Origin: Lepidodermella squamata
Lineage: Eukaryota > Animalia > Gastrotricha
Assembly (NCBI GenBank): GCA_047495785.1
Contig: JBLDXI010000007.1
Span: 1,426,001 to 1,490,000 of the forward strand
Reading direction: 5' to 3'
Length of the DNA: 64,000 nucleotides
Each line of letters begins with the position of its first letter. Positions within the stretch are counted from its first letter, which is position 1. The position numbers and the translations under genes are program-made. This document shows, piece by piece, positions 12,399 to 24,468 of this stretch. Below the pieces are notes generated by a model that saw only the letters and a program-made list of their open reading frames with translations, did not search any database and was not told the origin of the DNA.

Positions 12399-13503
12399 CA
12401 GGGTGTTCAAGAAATAATAGGTAGTTATAAATAGCTTTGCTACTTTTCGGCACGCGCTTCAGCGTTTCAGAGCTAAAAGCTAGATATTTTTTAACCCTCT
12501 AATGCCGAAAACGTGTATACTCAAACTGGCGCTATTCACCTTGAATTTTCATACTTCCCGATTTTTGCCGGCCTAGCCGCTTGGCAATTTTGTAGTTGGC
12601 CATCCGAAAACCGCAAAGTCGGCGCGTTGATTGCGTAACACAGGTGAGTGCGCGCGTCAGGTGGTCGGATGATTTGTGTGTATACTCAATCAATTTTTTG
12701 TATAAACACATGGCGGCCGTTCGGACGGCCGGTTTTGAGTGAATGATTAGACTCCGTTGTGTGTAAAGTCAATTGCCAATTGAGTTTACTCATACCAGGC
12801 GCCGATAGCTATATTTACAGTCATTTTTTAAATGTTTTGTGGTAAATAATAATTATTCGGGGTGACCAGCTTTTAGGTCGCGGTCTAGTGTTGCGCCACA
12901 CACTGTTGCGTAACAACAATCAGCTCGCAATTGTTGCTCAATACTGAGCTCTTTCTCACAATGCTTGCTCGGAAATAAAAGGCAGCCAGGCAGAGCGCAA
13001 AATAACACATCAATATTACTTAGTTTAAGGTTCTATCTGAATACGATTAGTCTTTTTGCAAAAAATTGCCCATACCTGTCGCGGCTTCGCAGCGATTTTC
13101 GTCAGCGCGCCGCAAGCCCGCCAATTGCCGCATCTATCTGTGCTGTTGTTTAGCTGCTGGTCGTGCCGGCGAATCATGTCGACCTTTGATTTAGGCTACT
13201 TACGGCAATTTCTTCGATTTTTTCAGATTTTGAGAATTTCATGAATAAAATACATGTGATGTTGCGCTCTTCCTGAGTTAACTCAAGTGCGTATTTATAC
13301 AATTTTTTTAGCACGAGTAAACTCAATTGGTACAAGTGTATACTCAGTTTCATAATTCAAAGTCCAAAAAAGGAGGTCCCGGTTGAGTATACACACGTAG
13401 ATTGCTGTATATACTCATTTTGAGTCAGTTTTGACCGATTGAGTAAACTCAGTTTGTATAAAGCCGAGAAGCTGCCGGCATTAGAGGGTTAACGAACACC
13501 CTG
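12399..13503. mobile_element. Short Tc1/mariner-type MITE (TA TSD) hosting a nested piggyBac-like insertion
   Basis: TA|cagggtgttc ... gaacaccctg|TA. About 110 bp remain once the nested element is removed. Confidence 0.75.
12495..13488. mobile_element. Non-autonomous piggyBac-like element
   Basis: TTAA|ccctctaatgccg ... cggcattagaggg|TTAA. Many subterminal gagtaaactc/gtgtatactc motifs; no transposase ORF. Confidence 0.9.
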
Positions 13504-13771
13504 TACTTATCTTCGAAACACCCCTGAAATCTTCATATATTGGTGAGAATCAACATTTTGAACGCCCACGGCTCACGGACTTGCGCGCTGCGATTGGCGA
13601 TAGACTGTTTAATATTTTATCACCTAGGGCACTATTCTTACTACGACTCGATCACGCCTCCAAGCATTTGCTCCCGTGGGCCGCGTGCGTTCAACATTTT
13701 GATTTGAAGCTTGCCAACTTATGCATTGAAGTATTTTGTAATTCCGGAGTAGTTATTTTCTCGCATTTGAG

Positions 13772-16700
13772 ATGATTCGCTATTGCCTCGAGTTTAGAAT
13801 CATAGGTACGAGTCGCTTTTGTAATGTTACTCCTTAGTTGGAATTCATTTTCTCGCTCTAGTAATTTTCGGCTGTTATCGATACATTGCTGCTCAAATTT
13901 GTTCCGGTGGAGTATATCAGCCCCTTTTGTCATTCACTAACACGGCAACGAGAGAATCGCAATGGGACTACTATTATTTCGCGAGGTTGAACAACAGTCA
14001 GCAAGACCCAGAAACGACTCGACTCGTCTCGAAGTGGACGCCAATGAGCGGGGCAATATGGACTAATGAGGTTAGATTCTTCAGGTTTATGCGATATACC
14101 TAGATTCAGAGTATGTTCATCCTCACAGCCTTTTGCTCTTGATGACTTTTACATCGAAGTCACTATGAAAATGATGTACTCTTACGATCCATCGGGCTGG
14201 GCATTGGTCATATCAAATGAAGCTGGGATAGTTCGACCGCCTAACAACATTTTGACTTATGTGAATGGACAAGAGTATGGAGTTCTGCGAAGTGCTCACC
14301 TGGGTAAGGCATAAAAAGAATCCTGATTCATACAACTAGAAGTATTCGTGGCTGTGCTCGTTTAGGGATGTCAGTTTTCGGAATTCCACGCGCCTACCTC
14401 GTTTCGGTCAAACTACTACAGACGGTGAATTCTACAATATGGATCTCGGATGGACTAGCTGATAAATTAGTGTCACTAGCCTCTCTCGACAAATATTTCA
14501 AGGCTAAGACAACGTGGAGATTTCGAGTTCAATCAACAACAGTGACTATAACAACTTGTCTGTTCAACACCACAGACTGCGCCTCGACAATAGTTGGTTT
14601 CAACATTTCGAGATCACTGCAATCCATTTTCGCGGGAAATCCACTCCGTCTTGGCGTGACTGCTGTGAATAAAGAAGCAACTTCAATTGTTGACATCTAC
14701 TCAGTCGAAGTTTGGGACTGTGGGCCTCAAGGTGCCACTACAGCTTCCCCAACAGTAATTCTCCAGAAGTATGAGTCAAGACTTACACTCTTATTGCTAA
14801 TTTTCAGGTTGATCCATCCTCACTAATGTGTATCAATAGTGTTTATCAGCCCCAATGGTCGTATTCGCAACCATCTGATTTGACTGATTATTGGGACTAC
14901 TACTACGCTGATACTTTAGACCGAGTAACTAAACCACCTAACGCAATTCGGCTCCTGTCCGAAGTTTACTATCAAAGCGGTTCAATTTGGGCTAAAGTGG
15001 TGAGTAAGGAACTTATTTTATCAGATCTATTGAAATAGAGGGAAATTTGATAGCCATTCACCCTGAATGACTACTATGCTGAGGTTACAGTACAGACTGG
15101 TATCATCGACGCCACCAGACGACCTTTTGGATTCATATTAATTGTATCCAATGCTTCCGGTATAATTAGGCCGAATGATAGCGTATTGGCCCTCGCAGGT
15201 AACGGCCAATACGGAGTCCAAAGGGACAAGCACGTCGGTATGAGTCATTTCCTTTTTCTTGATATATTCTTGTAAATTGTAAATCACTGGGATAGGCTTC
15301 ACGATATACATCCACCCATTTGAACGCGGTGTGATGGGAAATTTTCTCACTGCTCCGGACATCAACGTATGGAATGGCTACTGCAGAGCCAACCCTATGG
15401 TCAATTGGTGCTGGCCGAGCATGGACCAGAATTTTTTGGACAAATTCCTGTCTCTGAAGTCAACGTGGCAATTTCGTGTCCAGAATGACTCATTTTCTGT
15501 CAACGTCTGCATCTACAACACCAACTATTGCGCGCAAACGCTGAGGGCGAATTTGACTCGAAGTTTGCAGAGTGCTTTTTCTAACCAGAACATGTACCTT
15601 GGCGTAGCGGGCTATAATAATCTTGAAAGCGCAACAAAGCTTGACGTATTCTCTGTCGATGTCTGGAACTGCGGACAAGCGATTCCTGGACAGACGTATC
15701 CTACCAAAACTACTGGAGGCACTACAACGTCGACGACTACTACGAAGTCTACATCGATAAGAAGCGTGAGATTATTTAAATTTCCGGGGCCAATAGTCAT
15801 TATTTTTAAGTAGACCACCACAGCGACGAGTTCTTCGTCAACTGCTAGCACAAGTATAGTCACAACACAAGCTGGAACAACCCAACAGCGGTTAAGTACT
15901 ATTGCAAACCAGCCTATAACAACCGTAAGGATCTCCCTTACATCAAGCTGCCACTCAGATGCGTTTACAGATATCCGCGTCGTCTACTTTGCCTGCTCTG
16001 ACGAACCAGCGAACGACATCAGGCCGTACAGGCTTAAGTCCAGCCACTTTGCCCTCTTCTGGAGGAATGGCCGGTATGAGATATGAATAAAAACATCATC
16101 TTTTATTCATTAGAATGTCATTTAGATCTAACTACAGCACTTCAGAAAATCAAATCATTCGAGGTATCGTCCTACCAACTACTTCAACAGCTAATAGCGT
16201 CTGCCGCAAATATGTTCGAAATTCCATTTGCGAATTTATCGCTTAGCAACCTGCAAACGCAATGCGATGACTTTAGCCCAACTCGAGCCGCGCCACCCTC
16301 GAATGCTTCTAACTCGCCTCTCTACATTCAGCCAACATTCGCTATCGGTCGTTTCATCGATGTCAACACTGTCGATGAGACGATTTCAGTTGCAGGCTCT
16401 CTGCTTTTTACGTGGTCTGTGACAACTTGTCCGGCAGATAGCGAGGATGTATTTACGAGCAGACCGCAAGAACAACTCTACGTCGCCTCCTCAAACGAGG
16501 TATGGCGGCCGCCTTTTCGATTTGTTAGTGGCGCCGAGTCGAATGTTTACATGGCTGACTGCGATAAATTCGGCGATGACCTCGCCGTAGTGATGCATAA
16601 GGATGTCAAATCCCCGAATCGCACTATCGATTTTTATTGGCTGAAAGACGGTACATTTTCCGCTTCATGCGAGCTTGAGCTTCAAGATTTTCCCTTTGAT

Positions 16701-17324
16701 TGGCAAACTTGCTACTTTTCGTTTGCGTTGAATCGTTGGGATAGTTTCGTGGCGTTCCGTGACCCGATTTTCTATGTATCATCGAATAGCTCGAATCCGA
16801 AAAAGTGGAGTTATGAAGGTCACGCAGCAATTTTATCGAAGCAGTACTACAGCGGGAAAACGAACAGTGCGGTTTACTACGTCATAACCGTCAAAAGGAA
16901 TCCAACTTACTACATATTAAATTTAGCCCTACCTTGCGCTGTATTGGCTTTCGTTGAGATCGCGTCTTTCCTCCTTCCGCCCGAAATGCCAGATAGGCCA
17001 GCCTTTTCAATGTCTGTTTTACTAGCGATTATCGTGGCTGAATCAGGGGTAGCCAGTAACGTGCCAAAAACTTCGCAGCACATATTCCTAGCCGATTATG
17101 TTGCTAGTATGAGTTGGATCAGCGCTGTTTGCACGCTGTATCAGCTGGCAGCTTGTTGCCACCAGCAGGCCATACATGTGCTGTACAAAGATTCCGTTTT
17201 CAACCCTCCACGGTATTTCCGAAACAAGTTGTCCTTGATTCGTCTGTTCGATATTGTTGTGTCTTTCTTGGTTTCTTTGGTTTTTGTAGTCGTGCACGGA
17301 TTTATGGGCTACCTGGTCAGATAA
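13772..17324 (+). CDS. Cys-loop ligand-gated ion channel subunit with two N-terminal L-type-lectin-like domains and a Ser/Thr stalk (copy B)
   Basis: Same exon structure as 882-4439, starting MIRYCLEFRIIVIFGC. The stalk exon 15971-16073 joins the channel exon 16114-17324 through a canonical phase-1 intron (gtatga...cattag). Cys-loop CELELQDFPFDWQTC. Confidence 0.88.
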
Positions 17325-17535
17325 CCTCCATTGTTCAATACTGATTTTATTCATTTCGACTTTAAGCTGAAAATGGAAAAATTATATTTCAAAACTATTT
17401 ATACTTATATCATACAAACAGGCGCAAATTATAGTATAATTCTCATCAGCGTTGTGAAATTCGTCTAATAAACAGTGATCAAGGCAGCTTTCCGTTTTTT
17501 ATTTAGCTGATAAACATCTGACCTGCGATCAGAAT

Positions 17536-18145
17536 TAGTCATGACCATCGGTTCGTGCGACTGCGACGAAAATCTCGATAAAAATCGAATCGCAGCGATT
17601 ACATGCTCATTTGATCGCCTCACCCAACAAAAATGCCTCACTATTTATTCTCTATTCATGGATGCCGATGAGCTTCTTAAAAATCATTAATTGGCGCAAC
17701 AACGAACTGAAAACCTATTATCACGCTCCACTGTTACTGGTGCGGTGGACCTCATTCCAAAGATTCCAAAATAATACATTTTTTGTGATGACAACTGGGT
17801 TTCATTTTCTGAAACCCGTGGCTAAAATGCCTATTTTCCGATCAGCTACAAAATTATGCCGCTTCGAACGCAGTCTCTGATGACGCTGCTCGAAGTGGCA
17901 ACGTTACCGATCCGATTGCGTTTTTCAAGGCTTACCAGTTGAGCTAAGTCATTCTTCATGTATTGCGGGATGGCGCAGTGACTTGTTGAGATCGAATAAA
18001 TAATTTGAAACAATTACACAAGGATAATCGCAGCGATTTTATCGCCATTTAAAGATTCGATGCGATTATGGGTTCGCGATTAGGAATCGCTGATTTCCCT
18101 ACGAATCGCTAAAATCGCGATTGAATCGCGCGATGGACAAGACTA
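17536..18145. mobile_element. Non-autonomous hAT-like element
   Basis: Imperfect TIRs tagtcatgaccatcg / cgatggacaagacta; 8-bp TSD atcagaat/atcagaag; subterminal aatcgc repeats. The paralogous site at about 4612-4630 (cctgcgatctgaaagcc) is empty. Confidence 0.8.
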
Positions 18146-19340
18146 ATCAGAAGTCTATGTTATACACTCATAACAGTGTCTTATTGGTTAGGTCACAAGT
18201 GACAAGGATGTGAAGCGGTTGCAATAGCTAGTAGCCTGACCTTAGGAACTGCGAGCTTTGGCAAGGATATGCCGGCTTGCATCCCGCCATGGAACTAACT
18301 ACATGTGATGATTTTCAATGCCATGTTCGATTCAGTTATTTCTGTATAAGATTTAAGGCCATGAATGGCAGGTCCTCGATGTTCGATTCATTCTCAATAA
18401 AGAAGTAAAGAGTAGTGCCTCTAGCAGTGTCTTGTTGTTTTCATGACAGAATGATTCGAACCAAAATGCTTGCCGGACGGCCACCCACTACTCCATTAAT
18501 CTTCAACTAATATTCCTGTCAAGTCTCGTTCGGTTCAAATTGTGTAAAATGCCAACGCTATGCTGATTTGGTATCGGACCCGCGTGTGGTGTTCCGACAT
18601 CGACTTCAACGATGATTTCTGGCGCTCCGCTGGTCAATGTGTATGGCCTTCAACACATCACCACTTACATTTTTCTCCAAGATCTAGCCCTTACGCTCAA
18701 GGTTTCGCCTTTGCATGTGTGCCCGACTTGCTGATGGCTCACTGGTTACGGCTACGCATCTCCTTGTTCCTTGTTCCCTGTTCACGGTATAGCTATGATT
18801 GGGACAGCCTCGCTATTCAGTCGGAATATTCCAGGCCTATTCTGGGTTTTCAGACCTATGGAAGAGGCGCAAAAGAGACCTAAGATTTTAACGAATTCCT
18901 GGATAGCTTTTCCCGAGCGCAGCGTTCTCGACACTCAATGACTATAGTTCCCCCTGTCTTCGCTCCATGGCGTTGTCGTGGCTCCTGGCTGGTGTCATAG
19001 CAACTATTGTTTGATTTCGACGCTATAGATATGATCGAGCGCTCTTTTTGCCCGTTTAAAGATTATGCGTTTCTACCCAAGGTTTCTACAACTTCTTTGT
19101 ACCACGCTTTGCCCTGACTTTCCACTTCCAGGGATGAGATAAGCGTTGAAAATTCCGATGACAATAGACTTCATGCTAGAAGCAGCCTTTAATTATTGAT
19201 TGGCTTTTAACTGAGAGCCTACTCAGCACTCAGCAAAGCTTTGTTGGTTTCATAAAACGTCGTAAAATCACGCCTCTCTGCCTTGCCAACGCGAAATAAC
19301 AGCTATTGCGTATTACTATTGAAGCTCAATTTTCGCCGTG

Positions 19341-20770
19341 ATGATTTTGTTCAAGATTGCTTTAATCTCGCTGGCATGCAAATCAGCATCAGTGGCTACG
19401 CAGACTGGTGACAATCAGGTTCTCAATCTCATGAATTTTCACATTTTGAAGACCTATGATAACTTATTATTTCGCAGCTCTTGGCGGTCGGAGAGTCTTC
19501 GAGTTTGCCGACATTTTCCATGGACGGAAAAGTTGGTGAGTTGTTTGAACCCATTAAATAATGTGTACTATTGCTGTAACCCGGCGGTGCAGATTTGACC
19601 CGAGCGAAGCAAAAAATCAGAGCATTCGACACATCAGCTTACCAACAGCTGCAGCAATTTCAAATTTCGACTGACCTATCCGAATTGCCGTTTTCCAGCC
19701 TTTCACTGAGCAGCCTCCTTGAACAATGCAAAGACATTCTTCCAACTGAAGTTGTTCCACCTTCAAAATACCCAAACGCACCACTGTACATCAATCCGAC
19801 TTTTGCAATCAGTCGAGTGATGGATATTGACACTGTCTATGAGACAATATCTGCCGCAGCGTCGTTGCTACTGCAGTGGTCTGTAACTACATGCCCAGCA
19901 AGTGACGCCAATTCAGCACAGCCTCCTATGCAAATTCAAGTCGCGAAATCCAACCAAGTCTGGCGACCAGCCATCCGATTCGTAAGCGGGGCTGAGTCTA
20001 ACATCTACATAGCTGATAGTGATCGTTATGGAGACGACCTAATCGCGATGACTCAAAAGAGCTCGAAATCACCAAACAGTACACTGAACTTCTATTGGTT
20101 GAAAGATGGAAGATTCTCCGCATCTTGCGAGCTTGAACTCGCGGAATTCCCTTACGATATACAAACTTGCTACTTCTCCTTCGCCCTGAACCGAGCTGTA
20201 GATCGCGTCGCATTCAAAGACCCTGTCTTCTTCTTCCCTGAGAATCAAACTAGCGGGAATAAGTGGTACTACATCGGTCATGCTGCGACGTTATCGAAGC
20301 AGTACTACAGCGGCAAGTTGACGAGTGCTGTTTATTACGTGGTGACTTTGAAGAGGAACTCGACGTATTACACGTTAAATCTGGCCCTGCCTTGCGCTGT
20401 GTTGCTGTTGATTGAAATTGCTTCGTTCCTACTACCGCCTGAATTACCGGATAGGCCAGCTTTTTCCATGGCTGTGTTGGTAGCGATTAATGTTGCCGAA
20501 TCTGGAGTTGCTAGTAACGTGCCGCAAACTTCGCAACACATTTTCCTAACAGATTATGTCAGCAGTATGAGCTGGATCAGCGCGGCTTGTACCATATACC
20601 AGGTAGTGGCGTGCTGTCACCAACGGGCGATATGTTATCAGAGAAATCAAGTCACGAAATACCTTGGCGGGATGTTGTGCATTATCCGTATTTGCGACTT
20701 GGTTTCCGCGTTTGTGGTTTTCATTGCCTTTGTAGCTCTGCATGGTTACATGGTTTATATGGCCTGTTAA
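19341..20770 (+). CDS. Cys-loop ligand-gated ion channel subunit, lectin-less paralogue of copies A/B
   Basis: Signal exon MILFKIALISLACKSASVA and a short second exon join by a phase-1 intron to a single channel exon. That exon has CELELAEFPYDIQTC, PDRPAFSMAVLVA and four TM segments, and is clearly homologous to 3255-4439. Confidence 0.9.
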
Positions 20771-21469
20771 ATGACTGGGAATATTCTAACAATAGCACTG
20801 GACTCAAATTCATTTTTGAATATTCTAATCTCAACTTTTCTGATAATTTAGCGATTGCGTAGATCATTTTTGTGGTAATGCCTATGTAATTTTGAATAGG
20901 AACTTGGCTATAAGTTTCCTAATAACAATTCTAGAAAATCGTCGTTCTAGCCAAGTGCACGAAAGCTTGAACAAATATGTCTTTAGGAGAGATTAAAATA
21001 AGTTGCAAATTAAAAAAAAAAATTTAAAAAAAGTCGCTTATGAAGTCTCTGAGGTTACATGCGTTCAAAAGACGAGCTTCTAGTCGATACAAAGAAGAAA
21101 ATCAATACTCATGACCGCATTCCTCTTCAGTTGCTCCGAACTCCGATACGTACGGTCAATCGTACAGGAACAGAATGGTTTGGATTACATACTCTTTGGT
21201 GTATCCTTCAAATCTGAGCGGTTTCCATTTTTATTCTTTTATTCTCAGAATCATTTTATTGAATTTTTGGCCCAAATGCGTGATCAGTTTCGGGTTAAAA
21301 ACCTAAACCCTATTGCGCAATGATTTCAGTGATTTTTTCTTCAATATCTAAATATATCACCCCAAGCGCGTGCCAGGGAATAGCGCATGCCACGATACAT
21401 AATAAATACCACGATATTTTTTCCAAGCATTCATCTTCTTTTTCGACAAACCTACCTTTAGTAGCGATA

Positions 21470-23494
21470 ATGGCCGTGGCGCTCACTTGCTTTATATTCG
21501 CTCTGCTAATTGGGGCAGCTGTCGCCCAGAATATTGACCCATACGCAAACGCGTTCTGCTTGACCTGTTCCGGCCGTGCCAACTCGCGTAGCCTCTACTC
21601 CCACCCGACTGATTGCCACAAGTTCTACTCCTGCTTCTTCCACAACGAGACCTACGCTGAGGGCCAGCTTGTTCAATGCCCGCCCAGCCTCTACTTCAAC
21701 CAAAAGTACCAGACCTGCGTTCCAGAGGGCCCGGTCCCATGCCAGGACGTCTGCGCCAATGACGCTGTGACAGCTCTAGGCTGCGCTCCGATCCCGGGCT
21801 CCTGCAACCAATACGTCTGGTGCAGTTTCGGCTCGGAACTTCTCTGCTGCCCGCTTAAAACTGCCTTCAACGCAACGACCTGCCAGTGCGACGACAGCGA
21901 GACGTGCACCGACACCTGCTCCCTGGTTGCCCCGGCCGTTCCAACCACCGTCGCCCCGGTCACCTTCAACGCCACCCACTGCACCGACCCGTATGGCAAT
22001 GTTCTAACCGCAGTCGCCAACAATCCGAACTTCTACGGCACTGTTGATCTCAACAACGAAAACGCAGTTTCCGAGCTCCCGTGCGCCCCTGGCTCGACCT
22101 TCAGCCTAGAACAGTGCCGCTGTGACGTCAACGTTCCGGTCGAACAATCAGCCAGCTCAAGCCAGTGCTCGGTGTACTTGCCCTTCGATAGCAACGCCAA
22201 GGACTACTCGTCGAACAAGCTCGAAACTTTCATCTTCGGCAATGCTGTTGTGACTACGTCGACGGGGGCGCGTGGTTCCGGTTCACTCTTCACTGGAAAC
22301 GGTGGCCGTGTCGAAATTCCTGGCAGCAAAAATTTGGACATGTTGTCGGAAGGCTCTTTCTGCCTGTTTTTCAAGTAAAGAATTTCTCAATTTTTTTTAA
22401 ATTTTCAAAAATTTTGAAAATTATTAAAATATTGAGTCTAAATATTCCACCACGCTGAGGTTTCCGGCACTGAATTTTTCCGACTATGTTTTTCGATACT
22501 GATGCCCTCCATGAACCTGAGACTGGTTATTTTAGCAACATGGCGCCCCGGGCTCTCTAGAAAAGTTATTGATGCTGGGATCCAAGGCGGTTTATATCAA
22601 CTGAAAAATCACTGATTTGTAAAATCGATACTGGAATCGATATCTGTTCAGCAGGCTTAATTATGACTCGTAAACTGACCCCTCATAACGTAAATTACGC
22701 GTAATATGAATATCTATCGTTTAGGCGTGGTAACGAGAAAATTCAAATTTTATATGGAAGATTTGAAACTCGAAAAATCATATTTTGTAGAAATCTCGTG
22801 ATGTAGTCTCGAATTTTGTGCTGGATTCCCAAAATTAGGGAGTTCACTTCGCACCCCCAAATAATTCAATTTAAATTCTTCAAGGTTTTTTTTCTATAGA
22901 TAATTATAAATTAATCAAAATTAATTAATAAAATTTAATTAATTAATTAGCATAAAATGGAAATAATATCCTTTTTAGCTGTGCGAATGGCTCTTGCCCG
23001 AACGGCGGTCTGCTTTCGAACAACAACAACGTCGACCGCACGTCCTACACTTGGATTTTGGCCTCGCTTTCAAACACTGTTCAAGGCTACCTGAAGACTC
23101 AATGGCCGGCCAATGAGCGTCAGTTCAGCAGCTCGGAACGCCTCAACACCAACGGCTGGAACCAGGTCTGCTTGACCTACAAGGCTCCGTTTTACCCCTA
23201 CAATGGCGATTGTTTCTTGAATATCTACATTAACAACGTAAGTTCGAAATATGAGAGGAATTTAATTTCAATTTCCAATTGCAGAACCTTGTCATTCAAA
23301 CTGTCATCGCCGACAATGGCTGGTTGAACATTGGCAACTGCCCGTTCGTTGTTGGCACTGATCAGGTCTTCGGCGATTTCTCCGGCTACATCGACGAGGT
23401 CCTCATTTGCAAGCATGCCTTGACGGCTAGCGAGGTTGAAGCTCACTACAACGGCCAAGATGATCTGAAGAGCGCCAACTTGGTTCCCGCTTAA
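21470..23494 (+). CDS. Secreted chitin-binding type-2 (peritrophin-A/CBM14) repeat protein with a C-terminal LamG/ConA-like domain (Pif/LamG3-like architecture)
   Basis: Signal MAVALTCFIFALLIGAAVA; HPTDCHKFYSC...CPPSLYFNQKYQTC; CNQYVWC...CPLKTAFNATTCQC; CAPGSTFSLEQCRC; then YLPFD, WNQVCLTY and FSGYIDEV. Introns at about 22375-22978 and 23238-23284. Confidence 0.85.
22601..22660. repeat. Dispersed intronic repeat (aaaatcactgatttgtaaaatcgata...atcgatatc)
   Basis: Similar sequence occurs at about 45258-45322 (inverted, CAP gene intron) and about 48272-48347 (P450 intron). Confidence 0.6.
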
Positions 23495-24468
23495 AGAGAC
23501 TTATTTTGCTGTTTTTATCAACAGCTGTTATTCGCCAATGCCTGTAGAGAGATGGATATTTACATTTCCTTATTAAAACTGCCAATAAATTATTAAAATT
23601 GAAGTTTAGAGTTCACTAAGCTGGTGGCTTTTGTTCTACGATTTTTGCGACATGACTTCTTTCATCGGAAAAATATTTAAATTTCAAGCGTGGACAGATT
23701 TTCTTTGTTTCGTCCCTGCCTTAATATTTCATTGCTAGTACAGTGCGATGAAAGAAACCCGCATTTTTTGAGATTTTTATAAAGAAAACGTTGGCGTGAT
23801 GAGCGCAAACCATTGAGCTGACAGAAATTATGCCCTCATCGCAAGGTTCGCAAATCTTTTCTTTTAGCAACGAAGCTGCTTCAAATTGAGCTATTTTTAG
23901 AAACCATACACACGTCCTATTGAAATGAAAATATTTTTTTACCGACACAAGAGACCTCCAACGCGCACTGATATCAAAGGCGCCGTACACCGAACATGGC
24001 GCGAAAATTACCCAGTTTGTTCTTCTATAATTATGCTTATGGATATGTCGTGGCCTGAAAGGAAATTCGTCTGTATTAGGATTGGGAATCAACCTAGTTA
24101 TTTGTCAGTGCGCTCAAAAACCTCGTTTAATCTGCTGTAATAACTATTCCAATACCAATAATTTGAAAATCCAACCTTGAATACAAATCCGCAATCATAG
24201 ACAACTCTATACAGATCGGAAACTAGCGATCTTCCTATAGTAAATAAATTCACACCAAAACGTGAAAAAGTGGGCACGCGACCTTCATTTTTATTCACTC
24301 ATCGCCCTATATCCGCAAATTGTAATTTTTGAATCGCTCCTCTATCGAATGAGTCCCGTCTCATGGGACGGTTTTTTTCTAACTTTTTAAAATTATCTCG
24401 AAGTTGGTCACTTTTACGAAAAATCGCCATTTCAAGAGTCTTTCAGGACGGTAAAAATTTTTATTTTG

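Noticed and set aside
13691-13933. 80-aa minus-strand ORF and similar antisense or alternate-frame ORFs over real genes (e.g. 21691-22023, 55253-55639, 56550-57353)
   Set aside because: These are shadows of coding exons or of the 306-bp repeat, with no independent motifs.
18560-18883. 107-aa plus-strand ORF considered as an N-terminal exon of the third channel
   Set aside because: No homology to the lectin exons, and the third gene has its own signal-peptide exon at 19341.
21320-21469. Upstream in-frame Met extending the chitin-binding protein
   Set aside because: The extension is AT-rich and UTR-like; the signal peptide begins at Met 21470.
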